63,826 bases of DNA, filler included, from Bradymonadales bacterium (GCA_007693605.1; 6 parts of 5 records of this genome joined end to end with filler, not necessarily neighbours in it), one strand, 5' to 3'; numbered from the whole stretch's first letter, positions 43,677 to 54,352 are shown. Notes: generated by a model not told the origin, from the letters alone. Program-made: numbers and translations.

Positions 43677-44735
43677 ATGAACAAGTTGTCGAATTCAGAT
43701 TTTAGACGACTCTTTCCGCAGGATTCTCTTGTCGGCGCTGAAATTCAGAAAGCCTTTGGGCTGATCAAGGCGGCCAGGTCAATTCTGATCAGCAGTACTT
43801 TGACTTCAGATGGAGACTCCATTGGCGCCCAGCTCGGGATGGCCGCTTTGATTCAGGCCCTTCGGCCTCAGGACAGACCGAAGCTGCAAATTGTCAATGA
43901 AAGCCCGGTGCCAGTTCGCTACAGCTTTTTGAAGTCAACCGATCTGATTGTCAGCTTTTCAGCCTGGAAAGATTCCTCGTCATCCAAGAGTTTTGATCTG
44001 GGCATTGTGTGTGACGGGGGGGTCGAGAGAACAGGAAAGCTGGCTCCCTTCTTTGACTCAATTCCCAATACGATTCTGGTAGATCATCATGTGGTTGGAA
44101 GTGAGCGGGAATACAACGCAAAGATTCTGGACACCTCGGCCTCAAGTACATGCGAGATTGTCTACTTTCTCTTTCAAGAGGCCAAGATAGAGATTTCGCC
44201 GGAAGTGGCGGAGGCTCTCTATATTGGGATTGTTTTTGATACCGGTTTTTTTAAACATAGTATCACCACTCCCAAGACTCATTTCGTGGCCGCCGACTTG
44301 ATTTCGACTGGCATCGACTTCTCAGAGATTTCAGATCGGGCGATTCTGGAGCGATCTCAGAATGGGCAGATCCTACTGCGAAAGTTGATGGAAAATATGG
44401 AGATTCATTCGGAGGGAAAGATCGTCACATCCTTTTGGTCTCAATCTGATCTTCAAGAGGCGGATGCCGAGGACGGAGATTCTGAGGGAATGATCAATCA
44501 ACTTTATCATACGAGAGGGGCCGAAGTGGTGGTCTTGTTCGTCGAGACGGGACCCCAAGAATTGAAGGTCTCGTTTCGAAGTAAGGGCAAGGTGAATGTC
44601 GCCGACTTTGCTCGCTCACTCAACCCAAGAGGGGGTGGGCATGTTCGAGCTTCTGGCTGTAGTTTAACGGGCTCTATTCAAGACGCGAAGGCGAAGGTGG
44701 TCTCTGCTCTAGAGAAGGCGCTCGTCGAGCTCTGA
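43677..44735 (+). CDS. nrnA: DHH-family phosphoesterase (NrnA-like)
   Basis: DGDSIGA, VDHH, ASSTCE, DTGFF, SFRS, GGGHVRASG. Confidence 0.88.
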   Translation: MNKLSNSDFRRLFPQDSLVGAEIQKAFGLIKAARSILISSTLTSDGDSIGAQLGMAALIQALRPQDRPKLQIVNESPVPVRYSFLKSTDLIVSFSAWKDSSSSKSFDLGIVCDGGVERTGKLAPFFDSIPNTILVDHHVVGSEREYNAKILDTSASSTCEIVYFLFQEAKIEISPEVAEALYIGIVFDTGFFKHSITTPKTHFVAADLISTGIDFSEISDRAILERSQNGQILLRKLMENMEIHSEGKIVTSFWSQSDLQEADAEDGDSEGMINQLYHTRGAEVVVLFVETGPQELKVSFRSKGKVNVADFARSLNPRGGGHVRASGCSLTGSIQDAKAKVVSALEKALVEL

Positions 44736-45158
44736 TTCGATTTCTCTTCGCGGCTGATTTGGAGCATCATGAGTCGAGGCTTTCGACTGTGAGAGGCTGC
44801 GAATTCGGCTGGCCCAATAAATGACCAAAAACAGAAGTGCCAAGTAAAACAACACATAGGGAATGGAGTAGGCTAGGCTGCCACGAAAGTCTTCAGTGGG
44901 AAGCATTTTGACCTCTGACCCATAGCGATCAATCAAAAAGGCTTCTAGCTCTTCGAAGCTGGCCCCGGCTTCGTAGCGTCGCCGAATCTCATCTCGCAGA
45001 GCTTCAGCCGTTCCGCTTGGGCATTCCAGCAGTGAGTTGCCTTTGCAGTAGGGGCTCCACACTCGTTGGTAAAATAGCTTTAAATCCTGCGAGCTGGATT
45101 CAACAAAGACTGGAACCAAACAGAAGGAAAAACTTAAGAGCCAAAAGAGTGCTTTCAT
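44709..45158 (-). CDS. ccmH: CcmH-like cytochrome c biogenesis protein
   Basis: Signal peptide; VWSPYCKGNSLLECPSGTAEALRDEIRR...LIDRYG...; C-terminal TM. Confidence 0.72.
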   Translation of the reverse strand: MKALFWLLSFSFCLVPVFVESSSQDLKLFYQRVWSPYCKGNSLLECPSGTAEALRDEIRRRYEAGASFEELEAFLIDRYGSEVKMLPTEDFRGSLAYSIPYVLFYLALLFLVIYWASRIRSLSQSKASTHDAPNQPRREIESELDERLL

Positions 45159-46048
45159 TACTGAGTCGAAAGATCCCAGACCTCGTCAGAGGCGAGCTGG
45201 TCTCTCTCTAGCTCTCTGAGATATCGTTCTCTCAGAATCTCGGCAAGAACATTTCGCTCTTGCCGCTCCTCCTCTTGGAGGCGCCTTTGAGCCATGACTT
45301 GGTTCTGCCGATTGAGAAGACGCAGAAGCTGCATCGAGAACTCATTCCAGGTGAGCTTTCGAGCTTCTTCTTGATTCAGGCTGAGAATCTCATCGCTCAC
45401 ACTCTCGATGACTTCAGAGTAAAACGCCCGAGAACTTAGATAAGACAGAGTTTCTTCCTCAGTGGTCTGCGCTTGAAGCCGAGAGCGAAGGCCTCGAAGG
45501 CTGTCGATTCCTATTTTTCTAATGTCTTGCAATCGGGCTCGATCACTTTCTTTCAATTGCGCTTCTAGAAGTCGAAGCTCCTCTTGAAGTTCTTTCAAGG
45601 CTCGGTCGTTGTCATTGAGGAGCAGGCTCTTTTCTAAAACCTTGAGCATTCGGTCTTGGCTGGCCACTTCCGTCTCTCGAATGTGACCCAGACCCTCTTG
45701 AATGACCGACAAAATTTGGGTCTCACGAATCTGCCTTTCGGATTTAATGCTTTTATGAAGACTTTGGTTCCAATTCTCAAGCGCCCTTTTTCTGAGGGGT
45801 GGCCATACCAGGGCCTGAATCTGTTGTTGTACTGGAAGAAGATAGTCCTGATGAACTTTGGAAGCTTGAAGCTCTCGATTTAAATCATCCAGGCTCTCTA
45901 TCTTCTGAAAGTCTCGTCTCAGATCCTGAAGGATCTGAATTTGAGTGTGCTGAACTTCTTGGAGTATGAGGTTCTCTCGAAGAAATCCAAAACAGACCAG
46001 AGAGGCTACGCTGAGCAGAACAAGTCCAATGATTTTCATAGCTTCCAT
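45158..46048 (-). CDS. Hypothetical membrane-anchored coiled-coil protein
   Basis: N-terminal TM and helical L/E/Q/R-rich body; one-base overlaps with both neighbours. Confidence 0.65.
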   Translation of the reverse strand: MEAMKIIGLVLLSVASLVCFGFLRENLILQEVQHTQIQILQDLRRDFQKIESLDDLNRELQASKVHQDYLLPVQQQIQALVWPPLRKRALENWNQSLHKSIKSERQIRETQILSVIQEGLGHIRETEVASQDRMLKVLEKSLLLNDNDRALKELQEELRLLEAQLKESDRARLQDIRKIGIDSLRGLRSRLQAQTTEEETLSYLSSRAFYSEVIESVSDEILSLNQEEARKLTWNEFSMQLLRLLNRQNQVMAQRRLQEEERQERNVLAEILRERYLRELERDQLASDEVWDLSTQ

Positions 46049-46899
46049 TATCGCGCCTTTCCGTTGATCAGTAAAAGAATTTCGCTCGCGGTCTCTTCAA
46101 TGGCACGATCTGTGACATCAATGATCGGCCAGCCGTACTTTCGCGCCAATTGCTGCGCCGCTTTCAATTCCGCGCAAATCTGATCGATCGCCAAATAGTG
46201 ATCCTCAGATTGCTTGGTTTTGGCTCCTAGATTGATAAATCGGGTTCTTCGAATTCGCTCTAAATCTGATTCATGGATGGTGAGGCAAGCCACGGGAACC
46301 TTCTTTTCGTGTGCCGTGAGCAGTTCTTTAGGCTCTGGAATGCCCAAAACCAATGGGACATTTGCCACTCGGTAACCCTTGTGAGCCAGATAGATCGAGG
46401 TGGGAGTTTTGGAGCTTCGCGAGACCCCCACCAAGATAATGTCGGCCAAATGAATCTCGTTTAGACGCATTCCGTCGTCGTGTTTGACGGTAAACTCAAT
46501 GGCTTCAATGCGACGAAAATAGTCTCGTGCCAAAACGGAATGCAGAGCGCCCGCTTGTTGGCTTGGACTACTGCCCAAAAACTCCGAAAAAATTTCTACA
46601 GCCGGATAGAGCAGGTCGAGGCCAGTGTAAGAAAGCTCTCGCGTTAGCGACCAGGCTGTCTTTCGAAGTTCTGGTGAAGCGAATGTGTACACAATCAGCG
46701 CCCTTTGGGTGATCGACTCCAAGCTCTTTCGAAGAGCTCTTTCGCTTTCAATATTGGGAATTCGCTTGATGTCGACATCTGAAGATTGGAATTGAGCCAA
46801 AACGGCGCGCACGAATCCTTCAGCCGTGTCTCCAGTACTATCGGAGAGAATGACAATCTGCTGTCTCAGGGGACTTTCTTTAGAGCTTTTTGATCCCAC
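46048..46899 (-). CDS. ppsR: PEP synthase/PPDK regulatory kinase-pyrophosphorylase (DUF299)
   Basis: ILSDSTGDTA, YFRRIEAIEFTVKHDDG, GVSRSSKTPTSIYLA, AIEETA. GTG start at 46899 follows AGGAG. Confidence 0.92.
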   Translation of the reverse strand: MGSKSSKESPLRQQIVILSDSTGDTAEGFVRAVLAQFQSSDVDIKRIPNIESERALRKSLESITQRALIVYTFASPELRKTAWSLTRELSYTGLDLLYPAVEIFSEFLGSSPSQQAGALHSVLARDYFRRIEAIEFTVKHDDGMRLNEIHLADIILVGVSRSSKTPTSIYLAHKGYRVANVPLVLGIPEPKELLTAHEKKVPVACLTIHESDLERIRRTRFINLGAKTKQSEDHYLAIDQICAELKAAQQLARKYGWPIIDVTDRAIEETASEILLLINGKAR

Positions 46900-48470
46900 T
46901 CGTAACTCCTTTGAACTCTGTTCAGCGCGTTGGCACTCTCTGTCGGTGACCATTGCAATTCCTCTTGAAAGATCTGTATCAGGCGCTTTGCGGCTTTCAA
47001 GTCTCCTGTCTCGTAGTAGAGCGAACTGCGCCGACGCAAAAAATCTAGAGGGCATAGAGCCATTTCGTGATGAATCGCGTACAGGGCCTCTGCCGTCAAG
47101 GTTCTTCGATCGGCCAGTAGTCGTTCCTTTCCGAGTTGACGGTCTTGGTCATAAGACAAGACATCATGAGCAAAGACACCGTATCGAAAAAAGAGGGCTT
47201 CGTCTTCGGAATCTCTCTCTGATGGGGGATTTATCTCAAGGGCTTGTAGAGGGACTTTCAAAGTCGAGCTCTTTTCTCGCCTCTGAAGCCGATTGCAGAC
47301 CATGTCGAGCGCTTCCTGGGCCATTAGCCGGTGACTCGTGAGTTTTCCTCCCAAGATATGGAAGAAAGCTTTGGAGCTCTCTTCAATCTGATGTTCTCTC
47401 GAAATCTTCGAGTTACTGAGTTCCTTCTCTGGACGAATCAGGGGGCGAACAGCCGCCCAAGATTGAAAGATGTCTGAAGGCTCAATTTTGTTTAGAAAAT
47501 AACGATTAGCAATTTTCAAAACATACTCAAGATCTTCGGTTTGAGCCTGCGCCTCTTTCACATCACGAATCTTCGTGTCGGTCGTGCCTAAATAGGTGAT
47601 GTCGTTCCAGGGAATGGCAAATAGAATTCGATTCAAGTCCGGGTCAGGAAGAACCACCGCTTCATTCAACGGAAGCTTGCTTCGCTCAGCGACAAAATGC
47701 ACCCCCTGGGTCAGATGAAGCCGTGGGGGCAGTCTGAGCTCCGCTTTCACTTCATCTGAAAATGGACCTGCACAGTTAATCACCGCCTTTGTGCCAATCT
47801 TAAAGGACTTCTGTGAGAAACTGTCGTCGACTCGAAGCTGGAAGTAGCCTTTTGCCGTCTTGGCCTCAAGGCCTGAGACCCGGGCTCGGCTCAGGCAAAC
47901 CGCCCCAAGGCGTTGAGCGGACTTGATCATTTCAATCACTAGTCGAAAATCTTCCGTAAAACTGTCTGAGTATTGCATCACCCCACTCAGATCTTGAGGG
48001 TTCAGCCACGGAAATTTTTCCTGAGCTTCGCGCGACGAATAGGCTCGATGCCGCTCTTTAAACCGGCTGAAGGAGTCGTAGAGTAGCAGCCCCGTTCTCA
48101 AAAGATGTTTTGAGGGAGCTCGTCCGCGGTAGGTGGGAAAGAGAAACGAAAGCTTCTTGATGAGAGGCGCGTAGAGTTTTTCGAGCAGCTCTCTCTCTCG
48201 AATGGCTTCAAAGACCAACTTAAACTCAAAGTTCTGTAGATATCGAATTCCACCATGAACGAGTTTAGTCGAGCCTGAGCTGGTGCCCGACGCAAAGTCC
48301 TCCGCCTCCAAAAGACAAGCTCTCAAGCCCCTTAGCGCGGCATCTCTGACACAAGCGGCTCCTGTTGCACCTCCCCCAATGATGACCACATCCCAATCTT
48401 CGGCTTTGGCACGATCCAGTAGTGACTCGCGCTCCCGAAAAGAAAATCGCGGGCTAAGTAGTTCTGTCAT
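46866..48470 (-). CDS. glpD: FAD-dependent glycerol-3-phosphate dehydrogenase
   Basis: VIIGGGATG, DFASGTSSGSTKLVHGGIRYL, GTTDT, AAVRPL, GGKLTSHR. Confidence 0.92.
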   Translation of the reverse strand: MTELLSPRFSFRERESLLDRAKAEDWDVVIIGGGATGAACVRDAALRGLRACLLEAEDFASGTSSGSTKLVHGGIRYLQNFEFKLVFEAIRERELLEKLYAPLIKKLSFLFPTYRGRAPSKHLLRTGLLLYDSFSRFKERHRAYSSREAQEKFPWLNPQDLSGVMQYSDSFTEDFRLVIEMIKSAQRLGAVCLSRARVSGLEAKTAKGYFQLRVDDSFSQKSFKIGTKAVINCAGPFSDEVKAELRLPPRLHLTQGVHFVAERSKLPLNEAVVLPDPDLNRILFAIPWNDITYLGTTDTKIRDVKEAQAQTEDLEYVLKIANRYFLNKIEPSDIFQSWAAVRPLIRPEKELSNSKISREHQIEESSKAFFHILGGKLTSHRLMAQEALDMVCNRLQRREKSSTLKVPLQALEINPPSERDSEDEALFFRYGVFAHDVLSYDQDRQLGKERLLADRRTLTAEALYAIHHEMALCPLDFLRRRSSLYYETGDLKAAKRLIQIFQEELQWSPTESANALNRVQRSYEWDQKALKKVP

Positions 48471-50793
48471 TCGCCTCCGCGGCTGCGATGGTGGCCATAT
48501 TCACGATTTCATTCACAGACGAACCCTGTTGAAGCACATGAACAGGCTTCTTCGGACCCATGAGCACAGGGCCAATCACTTCTGCGTTCGCGAGCCTCTG
48601 CAGAAGTTTATAGGCGATATTTCCGGAGCTGAGGTTCGGAAATATCAAGATGTTTGCCGGAGTTTTCAGATCTGAAAACGGGTAGCGCTTCAGGAGTTCT
48701 TGGGTGACTGCGGTGTCTGCCTGCATCTCGCCGTCAACAATCAAGTCAGGCCGTTTTTCATGAATGAGTCGAATCGCTTCAACGATCCGCTTATTCATCG
48801 GGTGGGGAGCGCTACCAAAGTTAGAAAAACTGAGCATGGCAATTCTGGGTTGAATATCAAAAAATTCCGCTCGTTCTGCGGCTTGCAAAGCAATCTCTGC
48901 AAGTTTTTCCGCTGAAGGCTCCATATTGACGGTCGTATCAGCGAAGAAAAAGACTCGCTCTTTCACCGCGACGATGTAGAGACCCGCCGCCGTGTGATAA
49001 CCCTCCTTCATCGGAAGAATCTGCAGTGCGGGTCGAATGGTTTCTGGGTAGCTTTTGGTTAAACCTGACACCAGACCGTCTGCCAGGCCCTCTTCAACCA
49101 TCATGAGGCCAAAATAAGTTCCTCGCTCCAAAAGTCTTCGGGCTTCCAATGCGCTAAGCCCCTTCCTTTGGCGGAGTTTAAAAAACTTCTCTCCGAAAAG
49201 CTTTCGCCGTTCATCTGTTCTGGGATCAATCAGGGTCATTCGCTCCAAAGAGACCCGCAGTTCTTTGGCGTTCTTCTCAATGATCTCTTTAGGCCCCAAC
49301 AAGATCGGATGGCAAATTCCCTCGTCTTCAAGAATATGGGCGGCCCGAATGATCTTCGGTTCTGTACCTTCCGGAAAGACAATCGAACGAAGCTCTCTTT
49401 TGGCTTTGATCATGAGAACGCTCAGAATCTCTCGAGATCGGTCAATGCTCTTCATGAGGCGCTCTCGATAGTCTTCGATCTCAATCTTTCGTCGAGCCAC
49501 TTTCGTTTGCATCGCGGCTTTGGCCACTGCCGGGGCCACCCAAAACAAGGCTCGCGTATCGAAAGGCTTCGGAATGAGATAGTCAGGCCCAAAGCTGAAG
49601 GAGTCAACATTGTAGGCCTTTGACACAAAGTCTGGGACATCTTCTCGAGCGAGGTCAGCAAGAGCCTGAGCCGCCGCCATCTTCATCTCTTCGTTGATTT
49701 CAGAACTCTCCACATCAAGTGCCCCTCGGAAAATATAAGGAAAGCCCAAAACATTATTGATCTGATTCGGAAAGTCACTTCGACCGGTAGCGATGAGGGC
49801 GTCTGGTCTGGCCGACTTGGCATCATCATAAGAGATTTCTGGTGTGGGGTTGGCCAGCGCAAAAATGATGGGATTCTTGGCCATGCCTTTCAGCATTTGG
49901 CTTGTGACGAGCCCTCCCACAGACAATCCAATAAAAAGATCGGCGGACTTCATGGCCTCGGGCAAGCTTCGGAGCTTCGTCTTGTGGGCGTATTGCGCCT
50001 TGAACTCGTCTAGATCCTTTCTTCCAGCGTGAACAACGCCCGACTTGTCGCAAAGAATGATGTGCTTTCTCTGAATGCCAAGGCGCTGAATAAGATCAGC
50101 GCAAGCAATGGCCGCCGCCCCGGCTCCACTGAAGACACAACGAATCTGGGAAGGCTTTTTCTTTGCAAGTTGGAGCGCATTGATCAGGGCAGCGGTGACG
50201 ATAATGGCCGTGCCGTGTTGATCGTCATGAAAGACCGGAATCTTCAAGCGCTTTCGGAGTTCTCTTTCAATTTGGAAACACTCGGGAGACTTAATGTCTT
50301 CAAGATTGATTCCGCCTACGGTGGGCTCAAGCATTTCACAGGCTCGAATCACATCCTTGGGGTCTTTCGCATCCAGTTCAATGTCAAACACATTGATGTT
50401 AGCGAATCGCTTAAACAGAACAGCCTTGCCTTCCATGACAGGTTTTGAGGCCAAAGGTCCTATATCTCCCAAGCCCAGCACGGCCGTCCCGTTACTCACG
50501 ACGGCCACGAGGTTGGAGCGAGCCGTATACTTACTGGCCTGAGTCGGATCTTTCGCGATAGCCATACTCGCCGCTGCAACCCCTGGCGTATAGGCCAAAG
50601 AGAGATCTCGCTGGGTGCTGCAAGATTTGCTCGAGATGACTTCGATTTTTCCCGGCAGCTCTAGGCTTGGGTCATGAGAGCTGTACTGGTGATAATGGAG
50701 GGCTTCGCTCTCTGAGATCTGCAGGCTATGTGGCCTTTCCTTCGGTTTCGATGCGCTTGGCCTCGCTTGTTTCATTTTTTTTCTCTTACTCAT
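48454..50793 (-). CDS. maeB: NADP-dependent malic enzyme with PTA-like domain
   Basis: [42 protein letters not shown], then IVFPEG...DGEMQAD...GNIAYKL. Confidence 0.95.
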   Translation of the reverse strand: MSKRKKMKQARPSASKPKERPHSLQISESEALHYHQYSSHDPSLELPGKIEVISSKSCSTQRDLSLAYTPGVAAASMAIAKDPTQASKYTARSNLVAVVSNGTAVLGLGDIGPLASKPVMEGKAVLFKRFANINVFDIELDAKDPKDVIRACEMLEPTVGGINLEDIKSPECFQIERELRKRLKIPVFHDDQHGTAIIVTAALINALQLAKKKPSQIRCVFSGAGAAAIACADLIQRLGIQRKHIILCDKSGVVHAGRKDLDEFKAQYAHKTKLRSLPEAMKSADLFIGLSVGGLVTSQMLKGMAKNPIIFALANPTPEISYDDAKSARPDALIATGRSDFPNQINNVLGFPYIFRGALDVESSEINEEMKMAAAQALADLAREDVPDFVSKAYNVDSFSFGPDYLIPKPFDTRALFWVAPAVAKAAMQTKVARRKIEIEDYRERLMKSIDRSREILSVLMIKAKRELRSIVFPEGTEPKIIRAAHILEDEGICHPILLGPKEIIEKNAKELRVSLERMTLIDPRTDERRKLFGEKFFKLRQRKGLSALEARRLLERGTYFGLMMVEEGLADGLVSGLTKSYPETIRPALQILPMKEGYHTAAGLYIVAVKERVFFFADTTVNMEPSAEKLAEIALQAAERAEFFDIQPRIAMLSFSNFGSAPHPMNKRIVEAIRLIHEKRPDLIVDGEMQADTAVTQELLKRYPFSDLKTPANILIFPNLSSGNIAYKLLQRLANAEVIGPVLMGPKKPVHVLQQGSSVNEIVNMATIAAAEANDRTT

Positions 50794-50926
50794 GGGGTGT
50801 TCTCCGTCAGGATCCAAGTCCTGTTTCTTGGCAAGACTTATTTCGCACTGAAAACCGATTTATTGTCGACCTAAACTTCATTTAGAGCACGAAAACCACT
50901 TTTTTTTGTACAAGCTCAGCCACCGA

Positions 50927-50955
50927 TTGACACTCTTTGCTGCCATTCTTAATCT
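50927..50955 (+). promoter_or_regulatory. Putative sigma70 promoter
   Basis: TTGACA-17 nt-TAATCT upstream of the 50996 ORF. Confidence 0.35.
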
Positions 50956-50995
50956 CGATTTCTGCTTGAATCAAGTTTAAGGGGAGTAAAGAGAG

Positions 50996-51643
50996 TTGAT
51001 GGTGAAGGATCAGATGGAGGCGGGACGGCAACCGGCGGTTGTAAAAATTGATCTCAGCCAGTTGGGGTCAGAGGCTCAGTCAATGTTGAGAAGCATCCGA
51101 ACGGAGAATGCAAAGCTATGTCAGGCGAAAGCTTTGGCTCAGTCAGATGTGCATTATTTTCGGGCGAGGCATAACTACTATCGATTGAGTTTAAGGCATC
51201 TACAGAATGAAGAGCGAAAGTTGCTAGAGCCAGTTCTGGTCAAGTTTCGAGAGAACATTTGGGATTGTGAGTCTCGGCTGGGCCTCGCCTTGAAAGAGGG
51301 GCGAGAGTCGATTACTCCCTTTTTGACTCCTGTTGAACAGGAGAACCCTGCCCCCGCCCCCGTATCACCGCCCGCTGAAAAAGAGGCCTACGAGAAAGAG
51401 ATTCTGTCTGAGTTTCAACCCAGCAAAGAGGTCTTCAATGAGGCCTTGCCTCAGAAGCGGGCCGTGGGAGCAGAGCAGCCGGAGGCTTTGGCCGGTTTTC
51501 TAAAGGATTTGGGTGAAGAGATGGAGTTGATTCAATTCGCCTTAGAAGGAAAGGCTTCGCAGGAAAAGAATGCGAAGTATTCGAGGGCGATTGGCCGCCT
51601 TCGTGTTCGGCTAGGCAAACAACTCGATAGCCTGGACCACTAG
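50996..51643 (+). CDS. Hypothetical helical protein
   Basis: 215-aa ORF with RBS AAGGGGAG; no recognisable family. Confidence 0.6.
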   Translation: MMVKDQMEAGRQPAVVKIDLSQLGSEAQSMLRSIRTENAKLCQAKALAQSDVHYFRARHNYYRLSLRHLQNEERKLLEPVLVKFRENIWDCESRLGLALKEGRESITPFLTPVEQENPAPAPVSPPAEKEAYEKEILSEFQPSKEVFNEALPQKRAVGAEQPEALAGFLKDLGEEMELIQFALEGKASQEKNAKYSRAIGRLRVRLGKQLDSLDH

Positions 51644-51841
51644 AATTCGCTGAAAAGCGAGCACGCAAGGATCGTCAAAGATCATGGGCTGTCCTTCGAG
51701 GCCTGTGGCTGTGGGCCGCTTCGGGGCCGCCTTGCTGAGGGGGCTGCCATGAACTGAAGGAGTTCGTCAACTCTGCGACTTCCAAGGGATCTTTTCCGGA
51801 TTAGTTGGGATGTAGTGCGTTAGATTTGGGTTTTTGAGGAG

Positions 51842-51941
51842 NNNNNNNNNNNNNNNNNNNNNNNNNNNNNNNNNNNNNNNNNNNNTTAATTAATTAANNN
51901 NNNNNNNNNNNNNNNNNNNNNNNNNNNNNNNNNNNNNNNNN
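51842..51941. other. Artificial contig spacer
   Basis: N-run/TTAATTAATTAA/N-run. Confidence 0.97.
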
Positions 51942-52029
51942 AGATTTGAAGCAATAAAAATAGACTTTGCAAAACAGGTTTTAGCCTCTAAATTCCAGGA
52001 TCAATTGACTTTAGCTGAGGAGAAAGGTT

Positions 52030-52404
52030 TTGACGATGACATCTTATTTGATCTTGGCTTTGCAGGTGGTGGTGGCTCTGGGGCTTTTAAATGTTTGGTT
52101 GCTTCGGCCCATGAAGGCGACTCGGTTTCGGGGAGGTCAGGCACAGACTTTGAAAGAGGAGTTTGCCGCTTATGGATTGCCTGAGTTTGCGTTTTATCTC
52201 GTAGGGGCTTTAAAGATTCTTTGCGCCCTTCTTTTAATTGGGGGGATTTGGCTAAGCTATGTTGTTCAGCCCGCTGCTCTTCTTGTTTTGATTCTGATGC
52301 TTGGGGCTTTGGCCATGCATATCAAGGTGAAAGATCCAATCTTGAAATCTTTGCCCGCCTTTTCTATGTTGGCGATGAGTCTTGCCCTTATCTTGATGCT
52401 TTGA
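52030..52404 (+). CDS. DoxX-family membrane protein
   Basis: NVWLLR...RGGQA...EEFAAYGLP...GALAMHIKVKDP...KSLPA. Confidence 0.85.
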   Translation: MTMTSYLILALQVVVALGLLNVWLLRPMKATRFRGGQAQTLKEEFAAYGLPEFAFYLVGALKILCALLLIGGIWLSYVVQPAALLVLILMLGALAMHIKVKDPILKSLPAFSMLAMSLALILML

Positions 52405-52438
52405 GATAGAGATTTGAAAGCCGTTTAGCAGACGGACC

Positions 52439-53326
52439 CTAATGCAGGAGCTGAATCAATACTTCCTGCAGTTTGAGGCTTTCAGAGCCGCCTTTGTTTT
52501 CATACTCTTCGATGTAATCATGAAGGAGTTCTTCTATTCCATCAACCTCTTCCCATTCGCTGCCCCGAGAAATCCTAAACACTTCATAGTTTTGGGTGTC
52601 AATCCGGGAGAAAATCAAACTACCCGACCCGTCGGTAGAGCACGATGGGCAGTCTTCCAGGCTTAGTCTTACCGGTGTTCTCAGCTCTACGATTGTCCTC
52701 TGAGAAAAGCTACTATACCATCTGTAGATGGCCGTGTGCCCAGACCATCTATCAAATAGACAGTATGCATTTGAAAATATCAGTTCAGTGCTGTAAGCGG
52801 TCGTGTCGGAAGCATCATTTTCACCGCAGGAGGTTGGGGCTATCACATAATGCTTCCTGCGCCGTTCACTGATTCTAAGCCGATGTCCGTTCTCAACTTC
52901 TGGGTCGCATCTCAAACCACGTCTTGGGCCATCGAGAATTCTGAATTCGCCCGGTATATCTACTTGAGCACAATCAAGAGTGTACAAACCTTCTGCTTCA
53001 TCAATCTCCGTTTGGTTTGGGGTAGAGTTAGAACTTGAGTAATTGCCCTGCTCATCCTTTGAGCGGGGAGTCCAACCCGTGCAGTAGGCAATCTCCGCCT
53101 CTGGCTCAACTGGGGCCTGTTGAAGGCAGGATTGGCCAGCCTTTCGAAGGTTTTGAGGGGCAGCCTTGGGGGAGTTTACCAGTCGTTCGTTTATGCTCTG
53201 GGAGCTTTGGGCATAAGTTTCCAATGGATACACTGAGGAGAAAGAGCTGAATGTGGCACATCCAAAGTAAAGGAGGAAAACTCGGCTCAGTAAGAGCTGG
53301 GTCCGTTCTAAGCTTTGTGGTTTCAT
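52439..53326 (-). CDS. Hypothetical exported Cys-containing protein
   Basis: Signal-like N-terminus, several Cys, RBS GAGGAGG; no family recognised. Confidence 0.6.
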   Translation of the reverse strand: MKPQSLERTQLLLSRVFLLYFGCATFSSFSSVYPLETYAQSSQSINERLVNSPKAAPQNLRKAGQSCLQQAPVEPEAEIAYCTGWTPRSKDEQGNYSSSNSTPNQTEIDEAEGLYTLDCAQVDIPGEFRILDGPRRGLRCDPEVENGHRLRISERRRKHYVIAPTSCGENDASDTTAYSTELIFSNAYCLFDRWSGHTAIYRWYSSFSQRTIVELRTPVRLSLEDCPSCSTDGSGSLIFSRIDTQNYEVFRISRGSEWEEVDGIEELLHDYIEEYENKGGSESLKLQEVLIQLLH

Positions 53327-53509
53327 GTCACCCTCCTCATCCTAATCTTGTTGTGCTGGGCTATACTGCTTTGAAGACGCAAAATTTAGGCCAAATCTGG
53401 GCAATGGCTATACCCTTGAACATCCGAAGGAATTCTGTTTCTGACAATAGTACTAGGAATGAGCTGGTCGACGAATTGACAAAAATTGACAGTTTAAGCT
53501 GGAAAGAAA

Positions 53510-54145
53510 TCAGCGGTGTGGCCGTTCCGATAGCTGGGGTTCGAATGGGGAGGCGCCGGCTTCGTTCATGTATTCTTGGATGAAATCTGAGGCGACGATT
53601 CTTTCAGATCTGGCGGGAGTTCTTGCGTCGGGATCAAGCATGATAGAGGCGGACATTACCAAGATATAGGCGAGTCCAAAATTTCGAAGCATTAGCCTGA
53701 TCGCGTCGATGCCACTCAAGTCTCCGGCGTGATGGGGCGATCTCATCTCTTCAGTATGCAGCTGATCCAAGACGCCGTACCATCGCAGTGTCTGCAGAAG
53801 ACTTTTGAAAGATTGAATTGGAATTCCCTCCCGTCGGGTGAGGTCGATCAGCCAGTCTCGATCTTTCTTATCGAGATCTTTTGCATCGAGCGGGTTTTTT
53901 TTTGACTGCGACTGTCTCTGAATCAAGGCCACTAGCCGCTCGACTTCCTCTTCTGTGAGGACAGTGCTCAAGGCAACCAGGGCTGGCATGCAGCTCTCCA
54001 CCAAAGGCTTTTGACTGCCTTCAGCGGACAGGCCTACGACCGTCAGGCTGATCGTGAAACAGGCCACAAGACAGGCCAGCCAGCCGATGAAAAGTCGCCG
54101 TCTCCGCATCGGGCCAGTTCTAGCGCAAAGGGGCATCGATTCCAA
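53510..54145 (-). CDS. Hypothetical exported protein (start uncertain)
   Basis: MRRRRLFIGWLACLVACFTISL signal-like segment inside the ORF. Confidence 0.5.
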   Translation of the reverse strand: MESMPLCARTGPMRRRRLFIGWLACLVACFTISLTVVGLSAEGSQKPLVESCMPALVALSTVLTEEEVERLVALIQRQSQSKKNPLDAKDLDKKDRDWLIDLTRREGIPIQSFKSLLQTLRWYGVLDQLHTEEMRSPHHAGDLSGIDAIRLMLRNFGLAYILVMSASIMLDPDARTPARSERIVASDFIQEYMNEAGASPFEPQLSERPHR

Positions 54146-54152
54146 GAAAACT

Positions 54153-54303
54153 CCATGAGAGAGGCGCTAAAGGCCCATCTGCTCCTACACTCTGGTCGAC
54201 CTTCGGTCGACATGGTGTGAGGATGGCTGCTTCGTTTCTTTCCCGCGTTGCAGGGCGGCTGCGTCGCTGCGCTTCTCGAGCGGCATTTAAACCACACTGC
54301 GAT
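54153..54303. repeat. MITE/REP-like element, copy 2, with inserted hairpin
   Basis: Matches 9672-9702 and 9705-9754, separated by ~70 extra nt containing GTCGACC-TTC-GGTCGAC. Confidence 0.7.
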
Positions 54304-54352
54304 CCTTCCCTCTATTTTTCATCCGGATGAAGGTGGATTTCGCTATGGTTTA

